A stretch of 64,000 bases of DNA from Pristiophorus japonicus. Lineage: Eukaryota. This document shows, in pieces, positions 37,587 through 50,300 of this stretch (positions within the stretch are counted from its first letter, which is position 1; the number at the start of each line of letters is the position of its first letter). The translations under genes and the position numbers were made by a program. Under the pieces are notes generated by a model. The model was not told the origin of the DNA, searched no databases, and saw only the letters and a program-made list of their open reading frames with translations. Location: contig NC_091979.1 in NCBI RefSeq assembly GCF_044704955.1, forward strand, positions 228,656,001 to 228,720,000, in the 5' to 3' direction.

Positions 37587-37750
37587 CGGTTCTGCAGAGG
37601 GGCGTTGGGGTCCTGCTTCTTGCTCTTTGCGCCCAGGCTGTCCTTCTTCGGCTTTTTCTTCTTTGGTTTTCCTTCCTCGTTCTCTCCTTCCTCGTCCTCG
37701 TCGTCGAGGGGCAACTCGATCTCTGGCTCCTTCAGCAGCCCGAAGAACAC
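37587..37750 (-). CDS. TAF5: TAF5 coding exon 3
   Basis: VFFGLLKEPEIELPLDDEDEEGENEEGKPKKKKPKKD...DPNAP; 164 nt. Confidence 0.95.
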
Positions 37751-38454
37751 CTGCCGCGATTTCACCAAGTTAGTTGAGCCCACGGGTCCGACCAACCCAC
37801 CCAGAATTACAGACCCTCTGCCACTTTGCTCACATGGCCGTACTTCCTGTGTGCGCCTGGACAGCAAGTGGCGGCAGGCTATCCAACCATAGAAGACATC
37901 ATCCTGTCCTCACCAGAAGATCTCTCTCGCACTTGTAAGCACACGCACGTGCGCACTCAAAACACTGAGCAGCGGGTTCAGGAGCTGCGACTCTGGCTAA
38001 TCTGGTTAATACCGAACCCACGGGCACTGATGCCAATGCTGATCCCAATTTCCTCTACACTGATTGGGAATCAAACCAGGATCCCTCTTTGTCTGTATGG
38101 CTCGGTTATTCTTTGATTGTGACTGGCAAATCAGACAGCGAACATTTAACAGAATCTACAGAGCACAGTAAGTGAGAGCAGTGCATCTTCAGTGTCCCAA
38201 AGCCTGGCTGATCTTCTCCCAGCTCAATATTGCTCTGTATCCAAAGCGGCGCTCCTGCTAATTTTGCCCTTCAAGAAAAGCATCAAGAGCTCTGAGGGCC
38301 TGTGCAATGGGCTTGTGCCTTGGTTGCCATTATCACAAGGCTGCCAATATGCTTTAAGGGGGAGGGGCAGGGGGTGGAATTACACTTAAGCTAACACACT
38401 GTTTGTGTGATGCTCTTAATCCATCCCCTCAAACTGATCCCTCCACTGCCATCT

Positions 38455-38765
38455 GCAGTGACAGTACTGTACCCTGCAGTACTGTACCCCAGTGTTATAC
38501 AGTGACAGACCTGTACCCTGCAGTACTGTACCCCAGTGTTATACAGTGACAGTACTGTACCCTGCAGTACTGTACCCCAGTGTTATAGTGACAGACCTGT
38601 ACCCACCAGTACTGTACCCCAGTGTTATACAGTGACAGACCTGTACCCTGCAGTACTGTACCCCAGTGTTATACAGTGACAGACCTGTACACAACAGTAC
38701 TGTACCCCAGTGTTATACAGTGACAGACCTGAGTACTGTACCCAAGTGATATTATAGTGACAGAC
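38455..38765 (+). repeat. About 44-bp tandem repeat
   Basis: Unit CAGTGACAGACCTGTACCCTGCAGTACTGTACCCCAGTGTTATA. Confidence 0.9.
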
Positions 38766-38889
38766 TATTCTAGCCCCATCATCGAGCCAACCATTCCTAA
38801 GAAGCAAGCGGGCTTCTGAAGCGGCCATAACAACAAAAACAACTTGAATTTAAAGGGTAACTGCTGCCACCAAGTGGTAGCTTTAACAA

Positions 38890-39066
38890 TCCCGATTCCC
38901 GCAGTGAATGAGAGACGGGCGTCCGGGGCTAACCCTGACTGGGGGACAGGGGTCCAGAGCTAACCCTGATCCTGCAGTGAATGGGGGACGGGGGTCCAGC
39001 GCTAACCCTGATCCCGCAGTGAATGGGGGACGGGGGTCTGGGCTAACCCTGATCCCGCAGTGAATG
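38890..39066 (+). repeat. About 42-bp tandem repeat next to the TAF5 exon 2 donor
   Basis: Recurrent GCTAACCCTGATCCCGCAGTGAATGGGGGACGGGGGTC. Confidence 0.85.
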
Positions 39067-39085
39067 AGTGTTCCCTACTCCGTAC

Positions 39086-39401
39086 CTTTGTTTTATTTGC
39101 CTCTCTCTTGGCTTCTCCCGCCATGCCACCGGATGTGACCTCAATCTGCTGCTTGCTCCTGGGCATGCCGTCGAAGACATCGATGAACAGGTGCTCCTGC
39201 ACGATGTTCCAGATCTGGTTGTTGTGCCGCTCCTGCAGGTGACGCTTCAGGCACTGGTACGAGTCGCGGGAGATGCGGAGCACGAACTTGCTGGTGCGGA
39301 AATCCAGCACCGTCTCGTTGCCCTGCATGTGTTCCTTCTTCGACAGCCGAGCCAGCACACGCAGGTCGTCATGGTAATAACCCTCCTGGTCCCCGTGATA
39401 C
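39086..39401 (-). CDS. TAF5: TAF5 coding exon 2
   Basis: YHGDQEGYYHDDLRVL...FVLRISRDSYQ...AKREANKTK; 316 nt, AG/GT. Confidence 0.95.
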
Positions 39402-39509
39402 CTGCAACACAACACACAGCTTTAGTCAGTGACCAACTGTACCGCAACATGGGGCAACGCAACGTAACCTCGCCCAGACAGTCCTGTGCCATGCGTATAC
39501 CAATATTTA

Positions 39510-40020
39510 ACAAAAACTTGCATTTATATAGCGCCTTTAACATAGTGAAACGTCCCAAGGTGCTTCACAGGAGTGTTATGCGATAAAAATGATACCGAGC
39601 CACATAAGTAGAAATTAGGGCAGGTGAGTGGTAGGTTTTAAGGAGCGTCTTGAAGGAGAAAAGAGAGGTAGAGAGGCGGAGAGGGTTACGGAGGGAGTTC
39701 CAGAGCTTGGGGCCCAGGCAACAGAAGGCACGGCCACCAATAGTTGAACGATTATAATCTGGGATGCTCAAGAGGGCAGAATTAGAGGAGCGCAGACATC
39801 TCTGGAGGTTGTGGGGCTGGAGGAGATTACAGAGATAGGGAGGCGTGAGGCCATGGAGGGATTTGAAAACAAGGATGAGAATTTTAAAATCGAGGCATTG
39901 CTTAACCGGGGGCCAATGTAGGTCAGTGAGTACAGGGGGTGATGGGTGAGCAGGAATTGGTGCGAGTTAGGACACAGGGCAGCCAAGTTTTGGGTCACCT
40001 CTAGTTTACGTAGGGTAGGG
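39510..40020 (-). mobile_element. L2 LINE 3' fragment
   Basis: GGRAFCCLGPKLWNSL..FKTLLKT; tail shared with the SINEs. Confidence 0.85.
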
Positions 40021-40879
40021 TAGGGTGTGCGGGGCCAGCCAGTCACGGCCACATTTGCACTGTAACTCTCCAACATCCAGTCCACTCACTATTCCCTCAT
40101 CAACCCCATTGTACAACCCTAATAAACATAAAGAAAATGGACTCCTAAACCTGCATTCTCCCCCTTCACCAACAGCAGGAGCTCCCCATTCCCATGGCCC
40201 ACACTGGGCCCATGATCGGGACACAGCCCCCCCAATCCCGGTCCCTATTTGGAAAGAAATAAAATCAGGTCGCTGTGAGACACAACATCTCGGGCTCCGC
40301 TCGGTGTGGGAACGAAGATGCTTTTAGAGGTGGGAGTGGGTCCAGTGTGGACGTGGTAACGACATGCAGACAGGGCTTTGTATGGTTACAGCACTGGACC
40401 AGCAACCCAGAGCTCCCACGGTCAAATCCCACTAGGGCACGCTGGGAAACTAAATGCAACAAAACATTAAAGCTGCAGGATTGTTGTAAAAACCTAACTG
40501 GTTCATTGAGGAACCTGCCACCCCGACCAGGTAGATGCTGAATGCCCTCGAAAGTGACCAGGGCCACTCGAGTGGCCAATAAGGGTTGGACCTGCCAGAG
40601 CTGCCTACATCACAAGAACAAAAATGATGCTCATTAGCTGAAGTGCGAGATTTAAACGCAGTATCAGAACAATATTCATCGAGGAAATTGATGTTTAATC
40701 ACGGTGAGTCGGTGTGAAGTGAGGCGCTGACTGATTAAATTCTGTCACATGCACACTTCACAAGAATTGTGCTCGCCCCCCTCCCCAACTCAGTTTCCAT
40801 GCGTGTTTATATTATGGGATGTATAAAACCGGTGAATAAATGAATTACAATTCCCTCAGTCACTTGTTCAAGCGTCACG

Positions 40880-42372
40880 GAAAAGAGGCTGGAGGGGGGG
40901 GGTGGGGGGGAAGAGAGGCTGGAGGGGGGGGGTGGGGGGAGAAAGAGAGGCTGGGGGGGGGGGGAAGAGAGACTGCTGGGGGGGGGGGAGAGAGACTGGG
41001 GGGGGGGGGAAAGAGAGACTGGGGGGGGGGGGGAAAGAGAGGCTGGGGGGGGGGGGGAAAGAGAGGCTGGGGGGGGGGGGGAAAGAGAGGCTGGGGGGGG
41101 GGGGGAAAGAGAGGCTGGGGGGGGGGGGGAAAGAGAGGCTGGGGGGGGGAAGAGAGGCTGGGGGGGGGAAGAGAGGCTGGGGGGGGAAGAGAGGCTGGGG
41201 GGGGGAAGAGAGGCTGGGGGGGGGAAGAGAGGCTGGGGGGGGGAAGAGAGGCTGGGGGGGGAAGAGAGGCTGGGGGGGGGGAAGAGAGGCTGGGGGGGGG
41301 AAGAGAGGCTGGGGGGGGGAAGAGAGGCTGGGGGGGGGAAGAGGGGCTGGGGGGGGGGAAGAGAGGGGCTGGGGGGGGGGAAGAGAGGGGCTGGGGGGGG
41401 GGAAGAGAGGGGCTGGGGGGGGAAGAGAGGGGCTGGGGGGGGGAAGAGAGGGGCTGGGGGGGGGGAAGAGAGGGGCTGGGGGGGGGGAAGAGAGGGGCTG
41501 GGGGGGGAAGAGGAGGGGCTGGGGGGGGTAAGAGAGGGGCTGGGGGGGGGAAGAGAGGGGCTGGGGGGGGGGGAAGAGAGGGGCTGGTGGGGGGAAGAGA
41601 GGGGCTGGGGGGGGGGAAGAGAGGGGCTGGGGGGGGGAAGAGAGGGGCTGGGGGGGGGAAGAGAGGGGCTGGGGGGGGGAAGAGAGGGGCTGGGGGGGGG
41701 GGAAGAGAGGGGCTGGGGGGGGGAAGAGAGGGGCTGGGGGGGGGAAGAGAGGGGCTGGGGGGGGGAAGAGAGGGGCTGGGGGGGGAAGAGAGGGGCTGGG
41801 GGGGGAAGAGAGGGGCTGGGGGGGGGGGAAGAGAGGGGCTGGGGGGGGGGGGGAGAGAAGGGGCTGGGGGGGGGAAGAGAGGGGCTGGGGGGGGGGAGAG
41901 AGGGGCTGGGGGGGGAAGAGAGGGGCTGGGGGGGGGAAGAGAGGGGCTGGGGGGGGGAAAGAGGCTGGGGGGAAGAGAGGGGCTGGGGGGGGGAANNNNN
42001 NNNNNNNNNNNNNNNNNNNNNNNNNNNNNNNNNNNNNNNNNNNNNNNNNNNNNNNNNNNNNNNNNNNNNNNNNNNNNNNNNNNNNNNNNNNNNNNNNNNN
42101 NNNNNNNNNNNNNNNNNNNNNNNNNNNNNNNNNNNNNNNNNNNNNNNNNNNNNNNNNNNNNNNNNNNNNNNNNNNNNNNNNNNNNNNNNNNNNNNAGGGG
42201 GGGGGAGAGGCGGTGGGGGGAGGGGGGGGAGAGGCGGTGGGGAGAGTGGCGCTGGGGGGAGGGGGAGAGGCGCTGTGGGTGGGGGGGGAGAGGCGCTGTG
42301 GGTGGGGGGGGAGAGGCTCTAGGGGTGGGGGGGGAGGGGGGAGGGGAGGGGGGGGGAGGGGGAGGGGGGGTA
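40880..42372 (+). repeat. G-run minisatellite AAGAGAGG(GG)CT(G)n spanning an assembly gap (N 41996-42195)
   Basis: Directly visible; 200 Ns. Confidence 0.95.
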
Positions 42373-43454
42373 AGGCACTTTGGCTGGGGGAGGCATGCAC
42401 TTGAATCTTGGGATGCGAAGTTCCAGTGACACATTCCGGTGAAACTTCAGGGTGTAGCCTATCCTCCAAGTGGACCAATCAGAAACTAAGGATGGAGCAT
42501 GTTGGCCATTTTGGCAGTACAAATAAACGCGTCCTTTTATTATATAAACCCCTCACTTATAGAAGAATTGCCGTGCCTCCCTCTGTCTACCAGCTGTTTA
42601 AATATTGATGTTCCATATTATTTTATATTAATTATATGAGCCCCTCACTTGTTGAGGAAGTTCCGAGCCTCCTTCTCATGCTCACTGTGCCCCAGCTCCG
42701 TGAGATGTCTATATATTATATATTGTATTATCAGCCCTCACTTGTGGAAGAAGTGGGGCGCCTTCCTCTGTAAACCAGCTCTGCCAGATGTCTGTCTAAT
42801 ATGAGATAGGTGTTATATTATGGACCCTCACTTGTGGAAGAAGTGGCGTCTCCCTCTCGTACTCAGTGTTCCAGCTGTGACATGTCTAGATACTGATGTT
42901 ATATATTGTTATATTACATGATTTGAGGTAAGTGGGATTAAACTGGATAACCTCTTGTTGGCTGGCTCAGATACGATGGTAAATACTTCAGGGAATCAAA
43001 TACGGCCAGTGATCTCCTGGACGGGTTGGAGAGGAATTTTCCCAGATTTTTTTCCCCCCGTTGGCCTGGGTTTTTTATCTGTTTTTTTGCCTCTCCCAGA
43101 AGATCGCACTGGGGTGGAGTGTAAAATGTTGTGATGCATGGTGTGTCGCAATTGTGTGGGATGGACTTGTTGGGCTGGATGCTCTCTGCCTTTCACCCAT
43201 TGTTCATAGGTTTACATGCAACCTTCAGGGCTGCTGACCGAAGGCCATGTGGCTCTTTGTTGGCAGGCGCGGACACGATGGACTGAAATGGCTCCCTTCT
43301 GCGCTGTAAATTGCTATGTTTTCTATATTGTTATGACATTATTTGATGTTATATATTGCTATATTGTGATTTGCTATACCCGGTCTGACCGATGCTCACT
43401 TGTGACAGAAGTTACACCTCCCTCATGCCCAGTGCTCCAGCTCTCCCAGATGTC

Positions 43455-43875
43455 TATATACTGACGTTATATATTGTTATGACATGATTTGATATATATT
43501 GTTACATTAGATTTTGATATAACTATATATATATTACATGATTTGATCTTGTATATTCTATTATACATGATTTGATGCTACATATTAACATTTGATGTTA
43601 TATGTTGTTATAATGCCATGATTTGATGCTATATATTGTTATATGCCCTGAGTTAATGCTTTATATTGCTAAATACCATGATTTGATGTTATATGCCTTA
43701 ATTTGATGCTATATGCCATAATTTGATGCTATATGCCATGATTTGATGCTATATGCCATGATTTGATGCTATATATTACTATATTCCATGATTTGATGCT
43801 ATATATTACTATATGCCGAGTTGATGCTATATATTGCTATATGCCAGGATTTGATGCTATATATTGCTATATACC
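43455..43875 (+). repeat. AT-rich 20-30-bp tandem repeat (ATGCCATGATTTGATGCTATATATTG)
   Basis: Directly visible, abutting the TAF5 exon 1 donor. Confidence 0.85.
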
Positions 43876-43885
43876 CGGTGCTGAC

Positions 43886-44514
43886 CTGTGGAAGAAGTGG
43901 CGCGCCTCCCGCTCATGCTGGTTGTACACCAGCTCCAGGTACAGGTGCACGAACACCGGGTACAGCAGGGTGGACAGCTCGGCCTTGAAGGCGTCGAGCG
44001 CCGCCTCGATGAACGCCTTGAGGCCGCTGTAGTACTCGTCGTAGAGGCTCGGGTCGCCCTGGTTGCTGTAGGCCGACAGTACCGAGCTGACGTCGGGCTG
44101 GTGCACAGAGTCCGAGCCGCGCTGGCCAGCCGCCCGCAGCAGCGACTCCTCCAGCGCCTCCTGCACGTTGGCCTCCTTGCGCAGGATCTCCTCGGCCTCC
44201 TTGAAGTGGTTCTTCTTGAGGAACTGCAGCACGGCCAGCAGCGTCTGTCGGTCGGTGAGGCCGGGCCCTGGGGCCGGCGCTGAGGCCGGGGCCTGGCCCG
44301 GGGAGGGAGCGGGGACCGCGGCCGGGGCCGGGGCCGCCACAGGCACCGCAACAGGCCGGCTGGGCTCCGGTGGGCTCTCGCTCGGCTCCGTCTTGGGCAC
44401 CAGGGTCGGGGAGGGGGTAGGGGACGGGCTGGGCCCCGGGGAAGGGGCTGGAACCGGGCCCGCGGTCGGGGAAGGGCCCGAGACCTCGCTCGGCGGCTCC
44501 GGCAGCGCCGCCAT
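43886..44514 (-). CDS. TAF5: TAF5 coding exon 1 (MAALPEPP..., LisH and NTD2 start)
   Basis: DRQTLLAVLQFL, QPDVSSVLSAY, LYPVFVHLYLELVYNQHE motifs; 629 nt; CpG island; donor AG|GTCAG. Confidence 0.93.
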
Positions 44515-44650
44515 TTTCAGCAGCCGCCTGGTGCGCTTTGCGACACCCGCCGCCCTTAGTAAACAGCGCGCCGTTCCGCCATACGGCAATGCTGGTAGAG
44601 CTCGCTCACAACTTCGCAACGCTTCGGGCAAAATCTGCTTTACGGATTTG
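44507..44650 (-). promoter_or_regulatory. TAF5: TAF5 CpG promoter/5'UTR with YY1-like AAAATGGCGG overlapping the ATG
   Basis: GCCGCCATTTT on the + strand at about 44508-44518; CpG-rich context. Confidence 0.55.
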
Positions 44651-45371
44651 TCACCTTTTAAAGGGACAGGCCTCTTGTTCAGGGTGGGCATATGTCAGAG
44701 TGAGGCCATTCAGCCCATCTTCATTCGTCCATCCAGGACAACCCCAAACTAAAGCAATATACTGCGGATATTGGAATCTGGAATAAAAACAGAAAATGCT
44801 GGAAATCTCAGACAGTCAGGCAGCATCTGTGGAGAGGCACCCTAAACTACCCACACTGCAAGTTGTGTCTCAGTGTGTGCGGATAACCCCACACATCACA
44901 CCGGGATAGGGAATCCCCATAAATCACATGGATAGGGAATCCCCATCCACACATCATCATCATCATCATCATCATAAGCGGTCCATCAAAGCGAGGATGA
45001 TTTGCTTCCACGTCAAAAAAAGGCTGAGTTCACAGGGGTTTCGAAAGAAGAACCCGAACTACATCCTCAAGGGTGGAAGATGCCTATGCGTGTATTTTTT
45101 TAATGTGTGATGGCTGTTGCACACTAGCCACCACACGGGCTTGACAGAACTAGGTCTTGGTCCAGTGGCAAGGATTACCCAAGACAAATAGAGACCCAGT
45201 GTGCACACATATCGCAGTGTGGGCTGGTCCGTGCTGCACCTGGGCCCCAACTCAAGCCTCTCCAGGGCCCCGATCACATCGCTCCACAGACAGGGATAGG
45301 GAACTCCATACATTACACAGGGATAGGGAATCCCCACACATCACACAGAGATAGGGAATCCCCACACATCG

Positions 45372-46647
45372 GTACAAGTCAGCATGGATTTATGAAAGGG
45401 AATTCATGCTTGACAAATCTTCTAGAATTTTTTGACGATGTAACTAGTAGAGTGGACAAGGGAGAACCAGTGGATGTGGTGTATTTGGACTTTCAAAAGG
45501 CTTTTGACAAAGTCCCACACAAGAGATTAGTGTGCAAAATTAAAGCACGTGGTATTGGGGGTAATGTATTGACATGGATAGAGAACTGGTTGGCAGACAG
45601 GAAGCAAAGGTCCTTTTCAGAATGTCAGGCAGTGACTAGTGGGGTACTGCAAGGTTCAGTGCTGGGATCCCAGCTATTTACAATAAACATTAATAATTTG
45701 GATGAAGGAATTGAATGTAATATCTCCAAGTTTGCAGATGACACTAAGCTGGGTGGCAGTGTGAGCTGTGAGGAGGATGCTAAGAGGCTGCAGGGTGACT
45801 TGGACAGGTTAGGTGAGTGGGCAAATGAATGGCAGATGCAGTATAATGCAGATAAATGTGAGGTTATCCACTTTGGTGGCAAAAACAGGAAGGCAGATTA
45901 TTATCTGAATGGTGACAGATTAGGAAAACAGGAAATGCAACGAGACCTGGGTGTCATGGTACATCAGTCATTGAAAGTTGGCATGCAGGTACAGCAGGCA
46001 GTGAAGAAGGCAAATGGCATGTTGGCCTTCATAGCGAGAGGATTTGAGTATAGGAGCAGGGAGGTCTTACTGCAGTTGTACAGGGCCTTGGTGAGGCCAC
46101 ACCTTGAATATTGTGTACAGTTTTGGTCTCCTAATCTGAGGAAGGACGTTCTTGCTATTGAGGGATTGCAGTGAAGGTTCACCAGAGTGATTCCCGGGAT
46201 GGCAGGACTGACATATGAAGAAAAACTGGATCGACTAGGCTTATATTCACTGGAATTTAGAAGAATGAGAGGGGACCTCATAGAAACATATAAAATTCTG
46301 ACGGGATTGGACAGGTTAGGTGCAGGAAGAATGCTCCCGATGTTGGGGAAGTCCAGAACCAGGGGTCACAGTCTAAGGCTAAGGATAAGACCGAGATAAG
46401 AAATTTCTTCACTCAGAGAATTGTGAACCTGTGGAATTCTCTACCACAGAAAGTTGTTGAGGCCAGTTCGTTCGATATATTCAAAAGGGAGTTAGATGCG
46501 GCCCTTACGGCTAAAGGGGTATGGAGAGAAAGCAGGAATGGGGTACTGAAGTTGCATGATCAGCCATGATCATATTGAATGGTGGTGCAGGCTCGAAGGG
46601 CTGAATGGCCTACTCCTGCAACCATTTTCTATGTTTCTATGTTTCTA
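45372..46647 (+). mobile_element. CR1 LINE 3' fragment (RT and 3'UTR)
   Basis: RT motifs including FADD; TTTCTATG repeat tail. Confidence 0.93.
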
Positions 46648-47355
46648 TCACACAGGGATAGGGAATCCTCACATATCACACAGGGACAGAGAACTCCATA
46701 CATCACACAGGGATAGAGAAATCCATACATCACACAGGGATAGAGAATCCCATCCACACAAAGGGATAGTAAACCCCAACAGAGCACAGAGGGATATGAA
46801 CCCCAGTACATCATATAAGGATAGGAACCACGATACCGCACAATCTGTAACCTCATCGTTCCGCACATCCCTAACTGCTTGCCCCACCTGTGACACTGAT
46901 GGTCTGACCACTTTGGGGAATGATTGATCTGCTAAGATGTCACTGAGCTTTGCGTAAGAGAAAATAGAAATTAATTTACAGAAAGTTAGGATTTCATTGA
47001 TCTCCCAAGGTTACTGGTGTTGGTTTTCAGTGATAACTAAATGAAAACATGTCACTTAGGAAAGAAAAATATATTCATTAGTGATAACTGGTGGCATGTT
47101 GCTAAATGGTGTTAATAATTAACTCATCACAATAATGTTTAAACAAATGTTCCCTGTCGCCCACTAACTCAATCCTGCTCCCCGGCCACTGTCTCAGGCT
47201 GAATCAGAATGTTCAGACGCTCACTAAGACTGCCTATTTCCACCTCCGTAACATCGCCCATTTCCTCCCCTACCTCAACCCAACTCCATATCCTCTCCTT
47301 CAGTAGGGCTGCTGACTTCCACCCCCATAATATGACCCACCTCTGCCGCTACATT

Positions 47356-50300
47356 AGCACATACACAACAATTCCAATTTTAGTATATCTGTAAAGCATG
47401 CACTTCCATGTTCCGCCACCAGGGAGCTCATCCTGAAGTTCCAAGGGATCCCAGCAGCCATTGGGAGCACTGTATAATAAGCCGGCCCCTAAGGCCTGAT
47501 CCTCACTCTGGAGTGTCTTATGAAAGACTGAGGTCACTGTTACTTTAATCTCCCTGTGTGCAGCCTCATCTGTGTTAGGAACACAATAACTGGCGACGAG
47601 AATACGAATCCAACGTAAAGATACAGCAAACTGTGGGCATCCTGGAGAAATTCTCGGAGGGTGAGGACTGGGAAGCCTATGTCAAATGGCTAGACAAGTA
47701 CTTTGTAGCCAACGAGCTGGACAGAGAAGGAAGCGCTGCAAAAAGGAGAGCGGTCCTCCTCACAGTCTGCGGGGCACCAACCTACAGCCTCATGAAGAAT
47801 CTTCTGGCTCCGGTGAAACCCACAGATAAGTCGTATGAGGAGCTGTATACACTGGATCGGGAGCATCTTAACCCGAGGGAGAGCGTGCTGATGGCGAGGT
47901 ATCGGTTCTACACATGCCAGCGATCTGCAGGTCAGGAAGTGGCGAGCTATGTTGCTGAGCTAAGGCGACTAGCAGGACAATGTGAGTTTGATGGATAACT
48001 GGAGCAAATGCTCAGAGACTTTTTTGTATGGGGCATTGGCCACGAGACTATCCTATGAAAACTTTTGACTGTAGAGACACCGACCCTCAGTAAGGCCATT
48101 GCGATAGCACAGACGTTTATGTCCACCAGTGATAACACCAAACAAATCTCTCAGCACACAAGTGCTAGCAATGTTCATAAATTAACTGGAACTGTGTTTG
48201 CGAGCAGAAATGTACAGGGCAGAACTCACGAGTCTGCAACTGCCAGCAGGCCTCAGGTGACCCAGATGAATCAGAGTCCCCAACAAAGGATGAATGCAAG
48301 GCAATTCACACCTTGTTGGCGTTGTGGAGGCTTCCATTCAGCCTATTCATGCCGCTTCAAAGGGTATGTTTGCAAGAGCTGTGGAACAATGGGGCACCTC
48401 CAACGAGCTTGCAGATGAGCTGCAAGCTCTGCAAAACCTGCTAACCACCACGTGGCAAAGGAAGATCAGTCCATGGTGGATCAAAGCAATTTTGAGCCTC
48501 AGAGAGAGGAGGCAGATGCTGAAGTACACTGGGTACACACATTTTTGACGAAATGTCCACCTATAATGCTAAACGTAAAATTGAATGGCTTACCCGTAGC
48601 CATGAAACTGGACACTGGCGCTAGCCAATCCATCATGAGTAAAAAGATATTTGAGAGACTGTGGTGCAACAAGGCATTCAGATCAGCCCTGAGCCTCATC
48701 CACACAAAACTGAGACCGTACACCAAAGAGCTTATCACTGTCCTGGGCAGCGCCATGGTCAAGGTCACTTACGAGGGCACGTTGCACGAACTGCCACTTG
48801 GGATTGTCCCGGGCGATGGCCCCACACTGCTTAGAAGGAGCTGGCTGGGCAAAATCCGTTGCAACTGGGATGACATCCGAGTGCTATCATATGTCGATGA
48901 GGCCTCATGTACCCAGGTTCTTAACAAATTTCCTTCCCTTTTTGAGCCAGGCATTGGAAACTTTTCCGGGGCGAAAGTGCGGATCCACTTGGTCCCAGAG
49001 GCACGACCCATTCACCACAAGGCGCAAGCGGTAACTCACATGATGAGGGAGAGAGTGGAAATCGAGCTGGTTGGCTGCAACGCGAGGGCATCATTTCCCG
49101 AGTGGAATTCAGCAAGTGGGCCAGCCCGATTGTTCCAATACTCAAAAGTGATGGCACGGTCAGGATTTGCGGTGATAATAAGTAACTATAACCATTTCTC
49201 GCTACAGGACCAATACCCACTACCTAAGGCAGACGACCTATTTGCGACGCTGACAGGAGGCAAGACATTCACCAAGCTCGACCTGACTTCGGCCTACATG
49301 ATGCAGGAGCTGGAGGAGTCTTCGAAGGGCCTCACCTGCATCAACACGCACAAGGGACTGTTCATCTACAACAGATGCCCGTTTGAAATTTGGTCGGCTG
49401 CAGCGATCTTCCAGAGAAACACGGAGAGCCTACTCAAGTCGGTACCACGCATGGTGGTTTTTCAGGACGACATATTGGTCACGGGTCAGGACAACGTCGA
49501 GCACCTACAAAACCTGGAGGAGGTCCTCCAGTGACTGGATCGTGAAGGGCTGCAGCTGAAGAGGTCGAAATGTGTCTTCATGGCAACAGAAGTGGAGTTT
49601 TTGGGTAGAAAGTTCGTGGCGGACGGCATTCGGCCCACAGACGCCAAGACAGAGGCTATCAGGAATGCGCCCAGGCCACAAAACGTCACAGAGCTGCTGT
49701 CATTCCTGGGACTCCTCAACTATTTTGGTAACTTTCTACCGGGGTTAAGCACCCTTTTAGAGCCCCTACATGTGTTATTGTGCAAAGGTGAGAACTGGGT
49801 ATGGGGAAAACACCAAGTAATTGCTTTTGAGAAAGCCAGAAACATTTTATGCTCCAACAAGCTGCTTGTATTGTATAACCCGTGTAAAAGACTTGTGCGA
49901 GCACGTAATGCGTCGTTGTATGGAGTTGGGTGTGTATTACAACAAGTTAGCGCTGTGGGGAAGTTGCAACCTGTCGACCATGCCTCCAGGAGCTTGTCTA
50001 AGGCCGAGAGGGCCGACAACATGATTGAGAAAGAGGCATTAGCGTGTGTGTTCGGGGTAAAGAAAATGCATCAGTACCTGTTTGGCCTCAAATTTGAGCT
50101 GGAAACCGATCACAAGCCCCTCACATCCCTGTTCGCCAAAAACAAGGGGATAAATACTAATGCCTCTGCCCGCATACAAAGGTGGGCACTCACGCTATCA
50201 GTGTATAACTAAACCATCCGCCACAGGCCAGGCACCGAGAACTGTGCGGATGCTCTCAGTCAGCTACCATTGCCCACCACGGGGGTGGAAATTGCGCAGC

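Noticed and set aside
40620-40860. Unique AT-rich intronic block with C/D-box-like words
   Set aside because: The motifs are antisense to the host TAF5 transcript and there is no convincing terminal stem; conservation cannot be assessed.
40840-42478. Gly/Pro-rich ORFs of about 530 aa
   Set aside because: Minisatellite plus assembly gap.
44515-44691. N-terminal extension of the TAF5 ORF
   Set aside because: The homolog-like start MAAL in a strong context is at 44514; the extension has no recognisable similarity.
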